Shown in pieces: positions 1 to 15,000 of a stretch of DNA of 64,000 nucleotides. The position numbers and the translations under genes are program-made. Each line of letters begins with the position of its first letter. The stretch's first letter is position 1. Origin of the DNA: Pecten maximus (taxonomy: Eukaryota); NCBI RefSeq assembly GCF_902652985.1, contig NC_047016.1:39804001-39868000 (forward strand), in the 5' to 3' direction. The notes beneath the pieces are model-generated. The model made no database searches. It had not been told where the DNA came from and saw only the letters and a program-made list of their open reading frames with translations.

Positions 1-99
1 AATAGAGTCCATCAGCGTAGACACATACGTCTCCCTCCGTGCAAGGCTCGACAGCGTCCAATATATCACACCCATTGACGCCCGCCTTTGTGTAATTAC
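1..99 (-). CDS. Post-SEA Cys-rich exon (truncated by window edge)
   Basis: tacAG|gt; [33 protein letters not shown]; phase 1. Confidence 0.78.
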
Positions 100-3000
100 C
101 TGTATATATGCATAAAGGAACATATCTTAATGAATTTATTGTTTTATGCTTTGGAGCAAACGTTTTAAAAGTGGTTAAAAGTCAGTCACTTATAGTTTAA
201 GTTTTGTTCTTATCTTTATTTTCCCACATTAATAGCCCTGGTTGCAGGGTAATATATAGAGGTTACACAATGAGTGGTTGTTAGATATGGAATTTATTTC
301 ACACGAGTAAGTTATTTTTTAAAAGTTGCCAAAAACACTCGCTTTGTTGGATATGGAATTTATTTCACACGAGTAAGTTATTTCTGAAAAGTTACAAAAG
401 ACACGAGATTTAGCGAGTGTTTTATGCAACTTTTAAAAAATAACTTACTAGTGTGAAATAAATTCCATATCTAACAATTTCGAGTCGTGTGACCTGTTTC
501 TACCACAATAATATCGGCTTGAATCAAAGGGAAACTTGGCCAAGTATAATTTCGCGTATGCAAATAAAGTGTACCGGTGACGTCATTAGATTATTGATGA
601 CGTCAATAACAATTGCAGCTTGGGTCAAAGTTCACCGTGTTAGCCAATCAAAATGCGTACATAGTTTATACCACGTGTGGTACAAACAGATTGTTAATAA
701 ACAGCTGTAATGATTAACTGATGGTCTGAGAGTTGAATAACACAGGGTATTGTGGTAGAAAAAAAAATTATTAACCCAATGATAGCATATTTCACGAGGG
801 TTTTCGCCGAGGGAAATATGACATAAGAGAATAAAAAGATAAACATTTGTTGCCACATATTTCTTCTTGTCTTTGTCGTTGTATAACGTTATAGGCTATT
901 TGGCTCAACAGTACCTAACGTACCCTATTATATTTCTTTATACAAAATTGTTATTGTTTCTTTATCTGTCGACGTTTTCAATATTTATATCACACTTAGT
1001 TGGAGCATATTGAAATAAATTTACGCTGCACAAACGTTTTTTTAGAAATAATTTATGTAAACAATATATACTAATCAGTAAAATTGTAGTGTTTATAAAA
1101 ATCTATAAACAGAATATCAACAAAATCATCATTATTACTAGATTTTTGTATTTGTTTTACCAATTAGATTTTTACTAAATTGTAATTTATGATTTGATAC
1201 TTACGGTAAACAGAGGTAAGGTCCTGTAATCCGTACACAATTACGGGGATTGTTTGACCTCCCGCGTAAAATGGTTCTCGTTCGAATGTGATGTCCTGAA
1301 TGGCCTTAATCAGACGATTCACCACATCCGAGTTGTTGACCACATATAGTTCATGGTACACTACGAGCGAGCCTGCCCTGTAGCACACAATATACGAATA
1401 ATGTGTAAATCATTTCAAAACTTGCATATATAGGTAGCCTACTATTTGCTTATAATGAATACACTTTCAAGTATGAGTTCAATACCTTCTCAAGTCAGAC
1501 ATGTCATACATAAAAATACAATATAACGCGTAACATTTGCTTTCTTTTAATTCTAGTTACTGGGTGATTCCTAACCAAGAAAGTACAAACATAGCATGAC
1601 ATTCAGCTAACTATTAAAACATAACAATTTTAACTTAAAAATTAAAAAAAAAAAAATAATAATAATAATAATCTTCAAAACTATCGCGATATATATATAT
1701 ATATACAAAAAAAAATTTTTCCCGGCTACCATATGATTATGATTTTTTTTGTCTTATTATAACGACTCTCGTTTAACCAAATCTTTGATTAAATGTATGA
1801 TTTTTCCTTGTATCATGACAAATTCAATAATTCATCTTCTTACTACGAAGAACATTAAATTTAGAGACCACAAATCATTTCTTATCAGCACCGGACTTTG
1901 TTTTATATATTATTGCAAACCACCAGTATATATAATAACGCGAAATAACTGAACGACACAACAAACTGTAATTTATTATAGAAAATGTACATTCCATGTG
2001 GTTTTTGTTTTCAGTATAGTGATACAGAGGAGACTAAGACAGTAAATATTCCAAACATATTTATCAAATCCTACATTGTCAACTCCTTTATGCTATATTT
2101 AACAATTGCTGTATCAGGAAAAGGCGATTTTCACGTGGACGCTACTTCGTTTTAGATGATATTTTAAAATACAAATAACCCGAATCTCATTAATGAATTT
2201 CTTTGATTTAATAATAACAAATTCTAAAAGTTAAAGAGGCTTACCCGCAGACGGACCGGTAAACGGCACATCTCCGATCACTAAATAAACTTTCTATGTG
2301 ACAAAATTAGAGGCTTTCCGACTTTATTTCTTGAAAACAATTACATCATATGTATTTAAAAGACGTTTTAAAACTCAACCTGAGAGGGAAATGTATGGAA
2401 TATAACGGCAAATCTTCTTTGTAAATCGCCGCTGCCTTTGAAGTTATCACTGTGCGGTACTGTGCACGTGCTTGTTTCTTTGATGTGTCAATCAAATTAT
2501 ACTCAACTTTATAGCGGGGACTTATTGCGGGTTGCGATTAAATAAATAATATTTAAAAAATGAGGTTTTAATATCACTTTTCAGCGTTTTATAAGGAAAA
2601 TAAAATGAAAAACTCAACAATTCCAACTATCTGTCATGTGTAAAAAATCTTTTTCTATTAGCGAATTTTTCTGATCTCTCTGCGGGCAAGCCTCTCTAAT
2701 GTATGTTAAAAAAATTAACATTAAGTTAATATATGTAAAACGATACATATATGACGTAACCTACCTAATATCGGTTAGTCTAACACCTTTGAAGTCTACT
2801 AAGGTTCTGTTGTAGGCGTCAGTGAACTGAAATACAAAACGGCAGGAGAAATGTTACTTAACATAAAACACAGATGATTGACATAAGACGTATTAGCTCC
2901 ATGTCATGTACTTCACAAACAAACATCTTGATATAACTAGGTGTGTGTGGTATCTGCATTTTGCACCATTTTAAAAATTTGAGTGAAGTAGTATGCATTT

Positions 3001-6000
3001 GACAACTTAACAAAAAAAAATAATGTCGTTAGCGTCATTTTGAAAGGATTTACATTTGCTACTGTTGCTGGGTAATTGTAAAAAAGAAAACGTTTACTAT
3101 TCAACAGACACGGAAATATGTAAGTACTGTTTTTGTACTGCATATATGTAATCATTCTTTCATAAATATTTATCGGAATTTTTTTTTAAAAATTTGGAAC
3201 CTTACCCCTTCAGTAAAATCGGTGAGGAGTTCCTGGTAGTATGAGCTAGAGCTGTTCTCTAAAGCCTGTGTGTCCGTTACAGTGTAGACAAAGGAGGTTA
3301 ATAAACGGAACATCCGTCCAGTAAAACCTGAAAACGGCGAGAGAAAGTAGCAAAACCAATTCAGGACTCAAATGCATATATAATACCAAAACAAGCATAA
3401 TATATACAAGTATCTTCGTATGGAACTTACCCAAAGAAATCGAAAAAATGCTTTTTGAATGAACATGTACTTTTTTAATAGATTTGTCCGCTCATTTCTA
3501 AACATTTTCATACTAACGGTTAAGATGTTAAACAAAATTTGCTCTCTCTCTCTCATATGAAGTTACATCCCTGAAATCAGATGCATTTGTACAGAGAGAG
3601 TTAGAGAGTAAATACATATTCTTGTTACGTCACTGAACTCATGTCTAATAACATATGATTCACTATTGATAATAGAGGTATCTCTGTAATATGTGAAATA
3701 CCTACGGCTTTGGCCAGGTAAACTGAAGCACGTGGTATCTTACCTGTACATGATACGATTCCATCTCCAGGAAGTCCCTCTTCACATTTGCAGTAGAATG
3801 ATCCTATCGTATTGGTACAGTTGGCGATTGGTAGACATATATCTGTTCCATTAGCGCACTCATCTATATCTGTTAAATGAAAAACATACATTCTGCACAT
3901 TGGGGACACGACGTAAACATCATTTCTCATAACAAGGTACGGAAGTTACATCAATTAGTTTTTTGCAAAACGTTAGATTTCTTTATATAAAAAAATTACT
4001 TAATATTTGCCAGCACAAGTTGTAGTGTTTTCGATATCATCAAACTTCTCGAAACAAGGCTCACATTTGCAAAAACAAGTGAAAAAGGAAAAAAAAATCT
4101 GTAATGGCCAGATTATTATACCAAGATATTCAATCTTATCTATAGAAATGAAAATATAATAATTATTACCTACATTCTATGATATACGCAAGTGACAAGC
4201 TGATGTATAATGTGTACATGCCTTATGATATGGACATAGAGGCTTCTGGCCTGCGTCCATTATTTTCTAATAAATCTATTCAAGTATAATCAAAAGACCG
4301 AACATGATTAGAACAGTATATTTCATAATGAACAGGACCACAGAAGTGTTTATTTATGTCAATTTGATAGGTAATTTATATATTGACTAATCAACATTAC
4401 AAACCTGTACAGTAATATCCATCCCCTTCAAAGCCTGGTTTACACGAACAAGAGAAGGAGGCTTCAGTGTTATTACAGTCAGCGTACTGACTGCAGTTAT
4501 CTGCACCGATGAGGCATTCGTTAATGTCTGCAATAAAGTAATTTTTGCTATCTTTTATAATCATATCATGTTTTTCTATTACAATATAACATGCATAATG
4601 TGTCTATTACGTTGCTTTATTATCAAAAGTGAATCGTTTATATCGTATCATCAATATAATAAAGTAGAATATATGATACAATAATTCGGTCCACTGAAAT
4701 TATGGTTAATATATATTTTGGGCTAGACGTTAATTTAGGAATCAATTTTACATTATAGAAAAACGTGAAAAGATATGTACTGTTGAAAGTAATTTACATT
4801 AAGAAGGTTAAAAATAAGATATTGTATAAGGACGTCAATTCTTATATGAAAAATATAACAAACACCACGTACACAAACCAATTGAAGCAAATAATGTTAA
4901 TCAGTATATAACCAAAAGGCAAATAAAAGCCTAAACGAGGCTAACATGTTGCTTTGTACAGGTACTTGCCTTATATAGCCCGTATACTTGTATAAATGAA
5001 TGAAGTAAGCAATACACTTATCTTATGACGTAAAAGATAAAACAATGTCTACCAAACGTACCTATGCATGTGCCGTTGCCGGCATTCGTGTATCCCTGGA
5101 CACAGACACACGTGTATGAGCCGTTAGTGTCTTTACAGTCAGCATGAGCACCACATATATTAGCTACGTCACATTCATTGACGTTTGTGTCGCATGTCAT
5201 TCCTGTCCATCCCGTCATGCAGCTACACGTACCGTTGAACTTATCACATGACGTCGTATGGTTGAAGTTGCACATGCATGAACTATCACAATGATAACCA
5301 TATCGCCCGTTGGGACATTCTGAAATAAAAAAGACACGTACAAAACTAAGCAAACTCATTTTGGTATATGAAAATAGTTTTGCTGCAGGAATAAGCTTCT
5401 TCAGTCATTGTAAATAGAAAGATAATATACATGGAAAACATTTAAATTTTAAGTATGCACCGACATATTAAAGAAATGTGAATAAAGTCACACCATATAT
5501 TAGCATTCACATACAGAGGTAGATACAGTATAGCCACAATAAGTGAAATAGCACCATACAGCTATTCCGCCCTTTTAGTTAGGACTCGTCAGTGATACAA
5601 GAAGCACCATACAGCTGTTCTGCCCTTCTATCTAGGGCTAAGACTCTTCAGTTATGCTAAGGATCTGAAGTATTGATCGCTAGGAGACGACTGAAATAGG
5701 TCGTTAGAAATATTAGTATCTAGATGAGGTGGCAAAATAGCCTCATAATTCAATGAATTTTTAATATTTTTGATATTGTACTTCAAAAAAAAAAGCCAAG
5801 TGCGTGTGGATATTTTAAAATGTGTCACTATTCAAATGAATGTATATATGTATTCAAAAGAACAATGAATTCATATCATAAGTGGAACGTGAAACTTACC
5901 GACACACAACCCGTTGTTAGATACAGCGTATCCACGGTTACAGTCACATACAAATGATCCATTGGTGTCCAGACAAGTGGTCAACGCAGGACAATTGTTC

Positions 6001-9000
6001 AGTCCAAGACTACACTCGTCGATATTGTCCGCACACGTCTTTCCGTTCCAACCACTCTTGCACGTGCATTGTCCGCTCATTTTGTCACATGACAACGTAT
6101 TCCTGATATCACATCCACACGATTGGCTGCAATTCATTCCATAAAATCCAAGATCGCATTCTGAAAATCAAAATATTACCAGTCATATTTCATTGAAGAT
6201 GCTAAAAACGAAGGTTGAAAAAAGAAGGTAATCTTTCTCTATTGAATGCGATTGTGAATGTTGTCATTAAGTGTTGAAGGAATCAAATATGGATATCTTT
6301 TTTGTTGTAAACTTCCAATTTGTTCCGAAGTAGTTATATTGAAGCGGATCATAGATGAAGAAAAAGTGAGAAACTAGCGGCAAAATTATGAGTATGTGAT
6401 AAAAATAAACATAAAAAGTCGCAGATAACTGTAGTAGCACAGGCACAAACAAACCTTTACAAGTGGCGCCATCTGGTTGTAGTTTGTAGCCAGAGTTGCA
6501 GGAACACTGGAATCCAGGTGTCAGATCGGTACAGTTATGTTGACACGGATTGTCGGTGCATTCGTTTACATCTGGAAAAGTAAAATATATATTCCTCATC
6601 AAAATGTTGAATGTCGAATCCATATAATGATGTATGTAAAAGAACGCTTACTAGGCTAAACAGGGAAGCGTTTTTTCAAAATTTTGTTTTTATCGTAACC
6701 ATTCTAACGGAAACGTTAATATCAAATTAAAATATCTTGTTTATCATTTAAATTTGGAACTGTTATGAATTCTTGCATGATAAAAATGTGTGCATTACAC
6801 AATTACATTATAACACTACAGGTATGAATAAAGGTTATGTTCCGTCGTTCTTTTTACACCATTTGTCTTTAGAAGTTGCCGAAGTGTTAAAGAATGATGT
6901 CATACTCACTGTTGCACGTCAAATTGTCGCCTGCCAGTGAAAATCCAGGTTCACACGAACAATATTGCATCCCATTGCTGTCTACTGCGCAATTCTGACT
7001 ACAGTTCGAGGTACCGCACATGCTCTTAACTAATATCAACAAAGACGAACAACATGTGTGGCTTAGTAATGGAACAAAACATTGTAAGTTTAAATTGGCA
7101 AAACACTCAAGTGTTTTGGTTTATGATGCGAATTGCAAATGAGTTTAAATATATACGTATAAGATGATACTTGATATTTGACTTTCGCAGTAATCTTATA
7201 TTTGAGAATGATGATTTGCAGCACAGAAAAATATACATACATGTATATTGTAAATTCGCGAAGGACATTGATAAGAAATTGAATCAATTTAGAAAAAAAA
7301 ATCATGAAAATTCGTTCTAATTACATTTAAATCAAATGTAAAAAGGGAAGAAAAATAATCATTTTGCAATTCTGTCTTTTACTTACCGATTATTTCAATG
7401 TGTATATCAATAAGGCTTACATCACTAAAATGTAAGAGAATAGGTAACACTACACATAATTGAAATGCGATTACCTATGCATTTTTTACGGTTGCGAAGA
7501 TCGAGATCGTATCCATCCCGACAGGTACACCTATAGCTTCCGACTGAGTTAAAGCAGAAATGATCACATCCGTCTTGATGGAGGGCACACTCATCTATGT
7601 CTGTAAAGAAGAGAACCCAGTTTGGATGTTATATAATGTATATATCAATGTCAGCACGTTTTACCAAATAGAGATTTCCCTGTCAATATATTGGTCTGAC
7701 AATACATTAACTATTTACTAAAATCAATTAATCATCTACTACAGGTTATGAAATTCCCTGGAATATCATCAGCCTTTGAATAAGACAATGCTTAAACATC
7801 ACCGCATATTGAAACATGTTTGGCTACAATCGGGATTCCAAAATGTTTAAACATAAAATATGAATTATTATTAAAAATATCTTATTACGATTATGAGTTA
7901 TATAAAAAAAATATACACTAATGAAAACAACGAAGAAGTAACTGATTTCCGCAATAATGACAAAGTATATGAACTGACCGGTACAAGTTTCTGTTCCCTT
8001 GAACCCAGAAAAGCAAGAACAGGTATAGCTTCCCTCTGTATTGGTACAGTCCTGGGTACATGCGTTAGTTGTATTACATTCGTTGATATCTAGAGAATAA
8101 ATCAGTATAGTTTATGTTACAAATACTTTCATTATGTAGTATTTCTTTTTATTTGGGAAAAACACATTGATTTTTTTATGGGCATAACCTACTTTAAAAA
8201 CCATGGGCTAACAAATAGTTTAATGACAGGTATAAGAACTGTCTCACATGGGAAATTATGACTATGAAATTATGTATATCAAGTTGATGATATGGGACAT
8301 CCTTATTTACTTGAAATTGCTTTTATTTTTCATTTAGGAAAAAAAAATAAAATGAGTATTTCTGTAATAGCAACAGTAAACCATCAAATCAAATAAAATT
8401 TCCAAACACAGGTGAAAATGAGGGAATTCTGATATTTGGATCGGACGAAATAAGTCGGAGTATACATGCTTTATTATATGATATTCATGAACTGAAAGGA
8501 TTTCTATAAATAAAATTAACGAGTTTTTATCGACCAAAACTGTAACAAAATCTCATAAAATGGTATCAAATATCAAATTTGGTGTTATAGAAATAATAAA
8601 TGAAATATCATAATTTTGTACGGGAATCACAAAAATATTCTTCTGAAACATGTATTTTACAAATGCATCAATTGATGTTGTTATCAAGCATGAACATATT
8701 TTTAGTCTGGGGTTTGTATTGGTTCCTACCTTGACAAGTGCCCGTGTCGTTGGAGTATCCGGTAACACAACGACATTCATATGTTCCTTGTGTGTTTAGA
8801 CATTCTTCATTTGGTAACGGACACCGGTCTTCGATCAAACATTCGTTGACGTCATCTGTACACTGTGGTCCTGTCCATCCCTCCTTGCACACACATCCTA
8901 TCAAGTTGTCACAGCGAGTTGTACCGGCCGGACCGCAGTGGCAAAGGTTGGCACAGTTCTGGCCCCAATGGTCAGAATCGCATACTAACAAGCAAAGGAA

Positions 9001-12000
9001 TCCATTTCATCTCAAATAATTTTGTTTTAGTTTACCAAGCATTTCTAACACTAAAGAATAAATAAATGAAACAAAATGAAATGTAACGCAAAAATATATT
9101 GCATGGAGCATATTATCTTACCAGTACATGTACGACCGTCATTCTCCAAGCGGTATCCAACACCGCATGAACAGGTGTATCCTCCGGGTACGTTAGTACA
9201 GGCTTGATTACACTGATCCAGTCCAGCCGTACACTCATTCACGTCTGTATACAAAACATAACATTTAGGTATATGTGTATTCCATTGCTGATTTTCATGT
9301 TAAAACTCATGTTGGAACATATGATATTAAACAATGCCTTATACCCGTTTAGGTTTAATATAAGGCCAGCGAAAAATATTTGGCACTTTCTCTCCAGATT
9401 ATCATAATATATAACCGCATCGCTGCAGGTAAATTCCTAAATTTTACAAAATATTTGCAATTAAATATGAAAAAAGACAAAATTTTACACAATTTCTTTA
9501 AATAATTTTGTTTTCTAGAAGTTCCAACATAATTTACCTATTTATTGCACGAGAGGCGGTATAAGCAATCATTTTGTTATGTTTGGTAAGCAAATACTCT
9601 CATTTAACATTTTAAGATATGATTATTATTTCATAAAATAATACCAAATATTCGTACGGATTTTAGTTTGATATTTTATATTTTACAAATGAATGATGAA
9701 TGACGTGTGCAAGCCCTCTTGTGGAAGGACATATATTGTAATATATAAACATGTTTTGTCTGAATAAAAAGATATACTTACAAAAGAAAAGTTTTTATTG
9801 CCAAAAACTGACATCGCCTTTTTTGGTTTTTACATTTACTATACATTATTTTTTGTGATGTGTAGCGGTTTGGAAAATAAACTCAATGATTTGTCGTACA
9901 TATGTCCCTACCTTCACATGTTTGATTGTCAGAGGTTAGCTGGTATCCCTTTGGACAAAAGCATTCTGGATTCCCTGCAGTTATACGACAAGCATACCCA
10001 CAGGTAAGTCCAGCGAATGCCGCGCAAGCATCAGATACTGAAATGTAAGTCCAGAATAACGATATGTATACATTGATATAGTTTTAATTTCATCCAAGTT
10101 ATTCAAAATCTTAATTGAAAATTTAATTTGCGATAACTTAATTATTACATCAAAATTATAATTTAACACATTTCATTCCATTCTGATCGTATTTCATGAG
10201 AGCTGCACGAAATTGTTAGGTTTTTTCCCCCAACATGTAGGTTTATGTAAGAAAATGACCAAACAATTCCGTCGCAATGGCGAATGACAACGGAAGTCTT
10301 ACTGAAGCCTTTTACCCCTACTGACAATATTGGACTTCAAATGATAGATGAATTGCAAAGTCCACTAAAATTTCTTAGGGTTGAAAGGGTTAGGAACCAG
10401 AATACGCAGGAGTCACTCTCATCTAGAGTTTTACCTTTTATACACGTCTTTCTATCGGATGAAAGCGTGAAGCCGTCCTCACAGAAACAGTTGTAACTTC
10501 CATCAGCGTCCACACAAATCTGATTGCATGAGTGTGTGCCCGTTGCACATTCATCAACGTCTGGATAGGAAATAACACAATATATTATAATATAGTTTTT
10601 AATCATAGAAATCATTAAAAAAAATTGTAAGGATATTTGTTACATTGATCACGAATGATTCTGTTTTTATTATGCATTTAATTTGTTTATGTGTGTCTTA
10701 AAAAGAGTCTTCTTATTTTTTGAAATTCAATTTAATGGACAGTGATACATTTATATGAACAATATGACCTTGGTTAAATACGAAAAGTATTGACACTTAT
10801 CAATATCATATACAAAATCCTCGTACGCACGTGCTAGGCCCGCCTTGATGTAATATGCAGAAGACTGACACGTGTCAATTGCATTTACATTACTCACTTT
10901 GTCATGTGTTTTCCATCTATAATGTAGCCTATTGAACACTGACGCGTGTGGATATTTACTTGAGCACGTGATAGGGCTTTCCTTGAAATAGCTTATTGGA
11001 CACTGACACGTGACGATACTTACTTGAGCACGTGATGGGGCTATCCTTGATGTAGCCTGTTGGACACTGACACGTGACGATACTTACTTGAGCACGTGAT
11101 GGGGCTATCCTTAATATAGCCTGTTGGACACTGACACGTCACGATACTTACTTGAGCACGTGATGGGGCTATCCTTGATGTAGCATATTAGACACTGACA
11201 CGTGACGATACTTACATGAGCACGTGTTAGGGCTTTTTTTATGTAGCCTGTTGGACACTGACACGTGACGATACTTACATGAGCACGTGTTAGGGCTTTT
11301 TTTTATGTAGCCTGTTGGACACTGACACGTGACGATACTTACTTGAGCACGTGGTGGGACTATCCTTAATATAGCCTGTTGGACACTGACACGTATATCC
11401 CCCGTCGTTATCCTCACAGAGAGCATTGCCTACACATGTGTGTGTTTCCAACTGACATTCATTTATATCTGTAACGAATATACACACAATTATACCCTTA
11501 ATACAATGTAGTTAGCTTCTACACTTCATATAAGTTATTGAATGACCATATATTTGTATTACAAATTAACACTCTGATTTTATGTTAATTATTCTAGAGT
11601 AAAATTATGCATGCATGGCACTGTAATGCTAATAAACGTCTACTCTGATGAAATAACCGACAATGACAGATACCCAACATCAAGATATTTAAACTTTCTG
11701 AAATACACTTGTACTTTTACAAATTTTGACCGGCTAGCTTACATTAAGATAAGCCTATATTTCTCTAATGTATTGTAGATTTTGATATGTTGTTATACTT
11801 TTCATAACTTAATTGATATGTGACTATCCTATCACTTACATTAAGCGATATGGACAAACAGTTTTGGATACAACAGTCTATCTTTGCCTTTTGCATACGG
11901 ATATCAGTCTGGTCACCATGAACAACATGTATGACTTATGTCCAGACAAGATTATCTAAAAACTGCATTTTTTTTGTTGGAAAATATATAAACTAATGAT

Positions 12001-15000
12001 TGGAAGAACAACGTTGTGACCTTCTATGGGTTCAACAACGAACAAAAACTTGAAAAAATCACGACTTCCATTGCAAAATTATCAAAGTAAAATAAAAAAT
12101 CATAAGATATACATGTAATGTAAATTTAATATAGAGTTACTTACTGACACAAGTGTTGTTGATGTGCTCGTATCCACTGAAACAATAACATATATACAAG
12201 CCGTTGATATTCTGACAGGTTTTGTCCGCTCCACAGATGAGAGGGTTGATCTCGCACTCATTGATATCTGTTTTACACTCAGTCCCAGTCCATCCACTCA
12301 TACAAATGCATCCCAGAGCCACATCACATGTAGACGCCCCTACACCACACGTGCAGGTACTGGCACAATTTTGGCCATATGCTGGAAACTCGCATGCTAA
12401 ATAAAAGGAGACAACGTATGGAAGGATTGTAAAAAAAAGCACAAACGATGTAAACACATGGCAGTATATAGTGTGTTTTTAGATACAACAGAGCCATTTA
12501 AACTACATATTTTTTTTAATATTCTATGAAGAATTCTTTAGGTGACAGAGGAAGCTCAAAAAGGTCGAAAAATGTCAGGTGCAATACTCATTCATTATAT
12601 CAATTGCATTATTTTCAATTTTTATTTCGAATGAATGGTGAGCATATGTATATATTCTGACCAGCGCCACTATCAAAACGAAACAAAACGTGATATGCAG
12701 GTTTTAAAGTTTATAATGTATATTAGTAGTTTGAAATATTTCCCTATTGGATTTGTACATTTTTAGTATTGGAAGCCTAGTTTTACCGTTACAAGACGTT
12801 TTGTCCGGATCCAGAGAGTACCCAACTGCACATGTACACTCGTAGCTCCCAACGTTGTTGCTGCACTCATGTTGGCAAATATTCCTCTCACATTCGTTGA
12901 TATCTGAAAAAAAGTTATGTTCGTGTAATAAGATAATAATATCTAAAAATTTAAAGGCCTGTCACACTGTTCCCGGCTGTTCATACGTGCTCTGACCTGT
13001 CATTACCTCGCAGGTACATATATAGCCCGGCCGGTCTTGTGCGCAGGTGTACAAGGAGGTCCAAGATGTTCCGGATAAGTTGAATGAGTTTTCCCGAAAG
13101 CTCCGCGCAGAACACCAGCAGGAGGTCCTTAGCGAACGTAACTCACAGACGCTAGACCCGCTTCAAGACAGTAGGTTGACCGTGAACATGTGGCCACCTC
13201 GCATATGCACATGTCAGCTGTGGTCTCTGAGCAAATTGAGGTCATATTGGGAGCCATCGTATGTCTTCCTGCTGGTAATCTGAGGGCCGACTGTGGCCAA
13301 GCTTGTGGCATTCTGCGAGGACCTCTCTCAAATAAATAGTCCCCTCAGAAAGATTCCTTCAGTTATCAGTCTGGTTATGAGGATACAGGACCTCTAAACA
13401 GTATAGCAAACACAGCATGCATTCAGTATCATTTCGGAAGTTACCTGGTGATCGCTTGTAAGGATCAACAACATTGTACATGCATATGAAGAATTTGAAG
13501 TTTTCCGACGGGCATTTTAACACTATGACATCAGGCTGAGAAATAAGGACCTGTATGTATATGCCCTCGCGTCTTGCAGGCAACTCCAATGCAGGTATCA
13601 TGTAGCTGGCACGCAAGTAGCCCGCCTGCAGCTCGGAGCTAACACGGATCTCTCTGGAATATCACATGAGTCATCCTCGCGACTGCTGCGCAGGGTACGC
13701 AAAGCCAATGAAGAATGCATGGAACGATGTAACTGGGTCTTACGGCCTTCAGTGGCGAATTATAAGGATTTGTGTTTTCAAAACCATTCATATCAGTTGA
13801 CCTTTCAATGCATCATCTATTATTAATACTATACGATATAAGATCTTAAATATGTGTTGCCTAATGATATTCAGCTGACATCTTCAACAAAAAATATGGA
13901 TAAGGATAAACACACTTGATAAACAGGCTCTCAAAGCATTGTATTAAAACATTTGGATGTGATAAATAACAACAATTTATACAAGATATAATGTCCCAAC
14001 TATATACAGACATTTCGTATTGATATAAAATAATTCTTACCAACGCAATTCTTCCCAGAAGAATCAAGCTCGTATCCTCCGGGACATTGACACTTGAAAT
14101 TCTCGCTGTCGGTAGCATTTGAGCAGGCATACGAGCAATTAAGGGTTTCACAAACATCAACAACTGTAACTGATAAATAATTATATTCATTTATAAGCAA
14201 TAGACAAATTATGCTTTTGTTCTAATACTTAAATGTGCAGTATGGTGCAGCAAGTGTTTTACGTAAAACGTGCGAATGGTCTTAGTCTAGAAGGAAACCG
14301 GAGAAACCCTACGTGGTCGGGCAGGTGACCCCATACCATGTCACGCCTGATCGGAGAATCGAACCCCGCCCGCCTAGGTGAAAGGCAAGTGTGTTACTAC
14401 TGTGCCATCCCATCCGACCACTCAAAGGGCACCACTGTACCTGTGCCACTCGACTACTCAAAATTGATAACTCCAAATTGATACTTCTTCTTTCAAATAG
14501 TTTCAAAAAGTATCGTTACGCATGTCTTTGCAATGATAATACTTCGTGAAATGTATCATGTGTGTGAACAGCTCCTTTAGCGGCTTATAATCTCAATAAT
14601 AATCCATATGGTGATAGCTTTATAAATAAACAATAATAATAAACAAATTCAAATATGTAACCTTCAGTTCAACAACACATAGCGTACACGATACATTGTG
14701 TCTACATTTAGATGTATGTAACAGAGCATATGATTAATCAAATTGAAATCACTGCCTCCGCTAGGGATCGAACCCGGGACCTCTGGCTTACTAGTTTTAC
14801 GCTCAACTGATCGAGCTAAAGAGAAGATCTCTCTAGCCGAGCAGTATATTGCGGCTTGTATTTACTAGGGTTACATACTCCCCCTCCAGGAATGAACTCA
14901 TCCCCGAAGTATGAAATACACTGTATAGTTAATTCTAGTTGTTAGGTAAGGTAACCCTTTCTATTTCTTAAAAATCAACAAAAGTGACAAACACTCCCTT

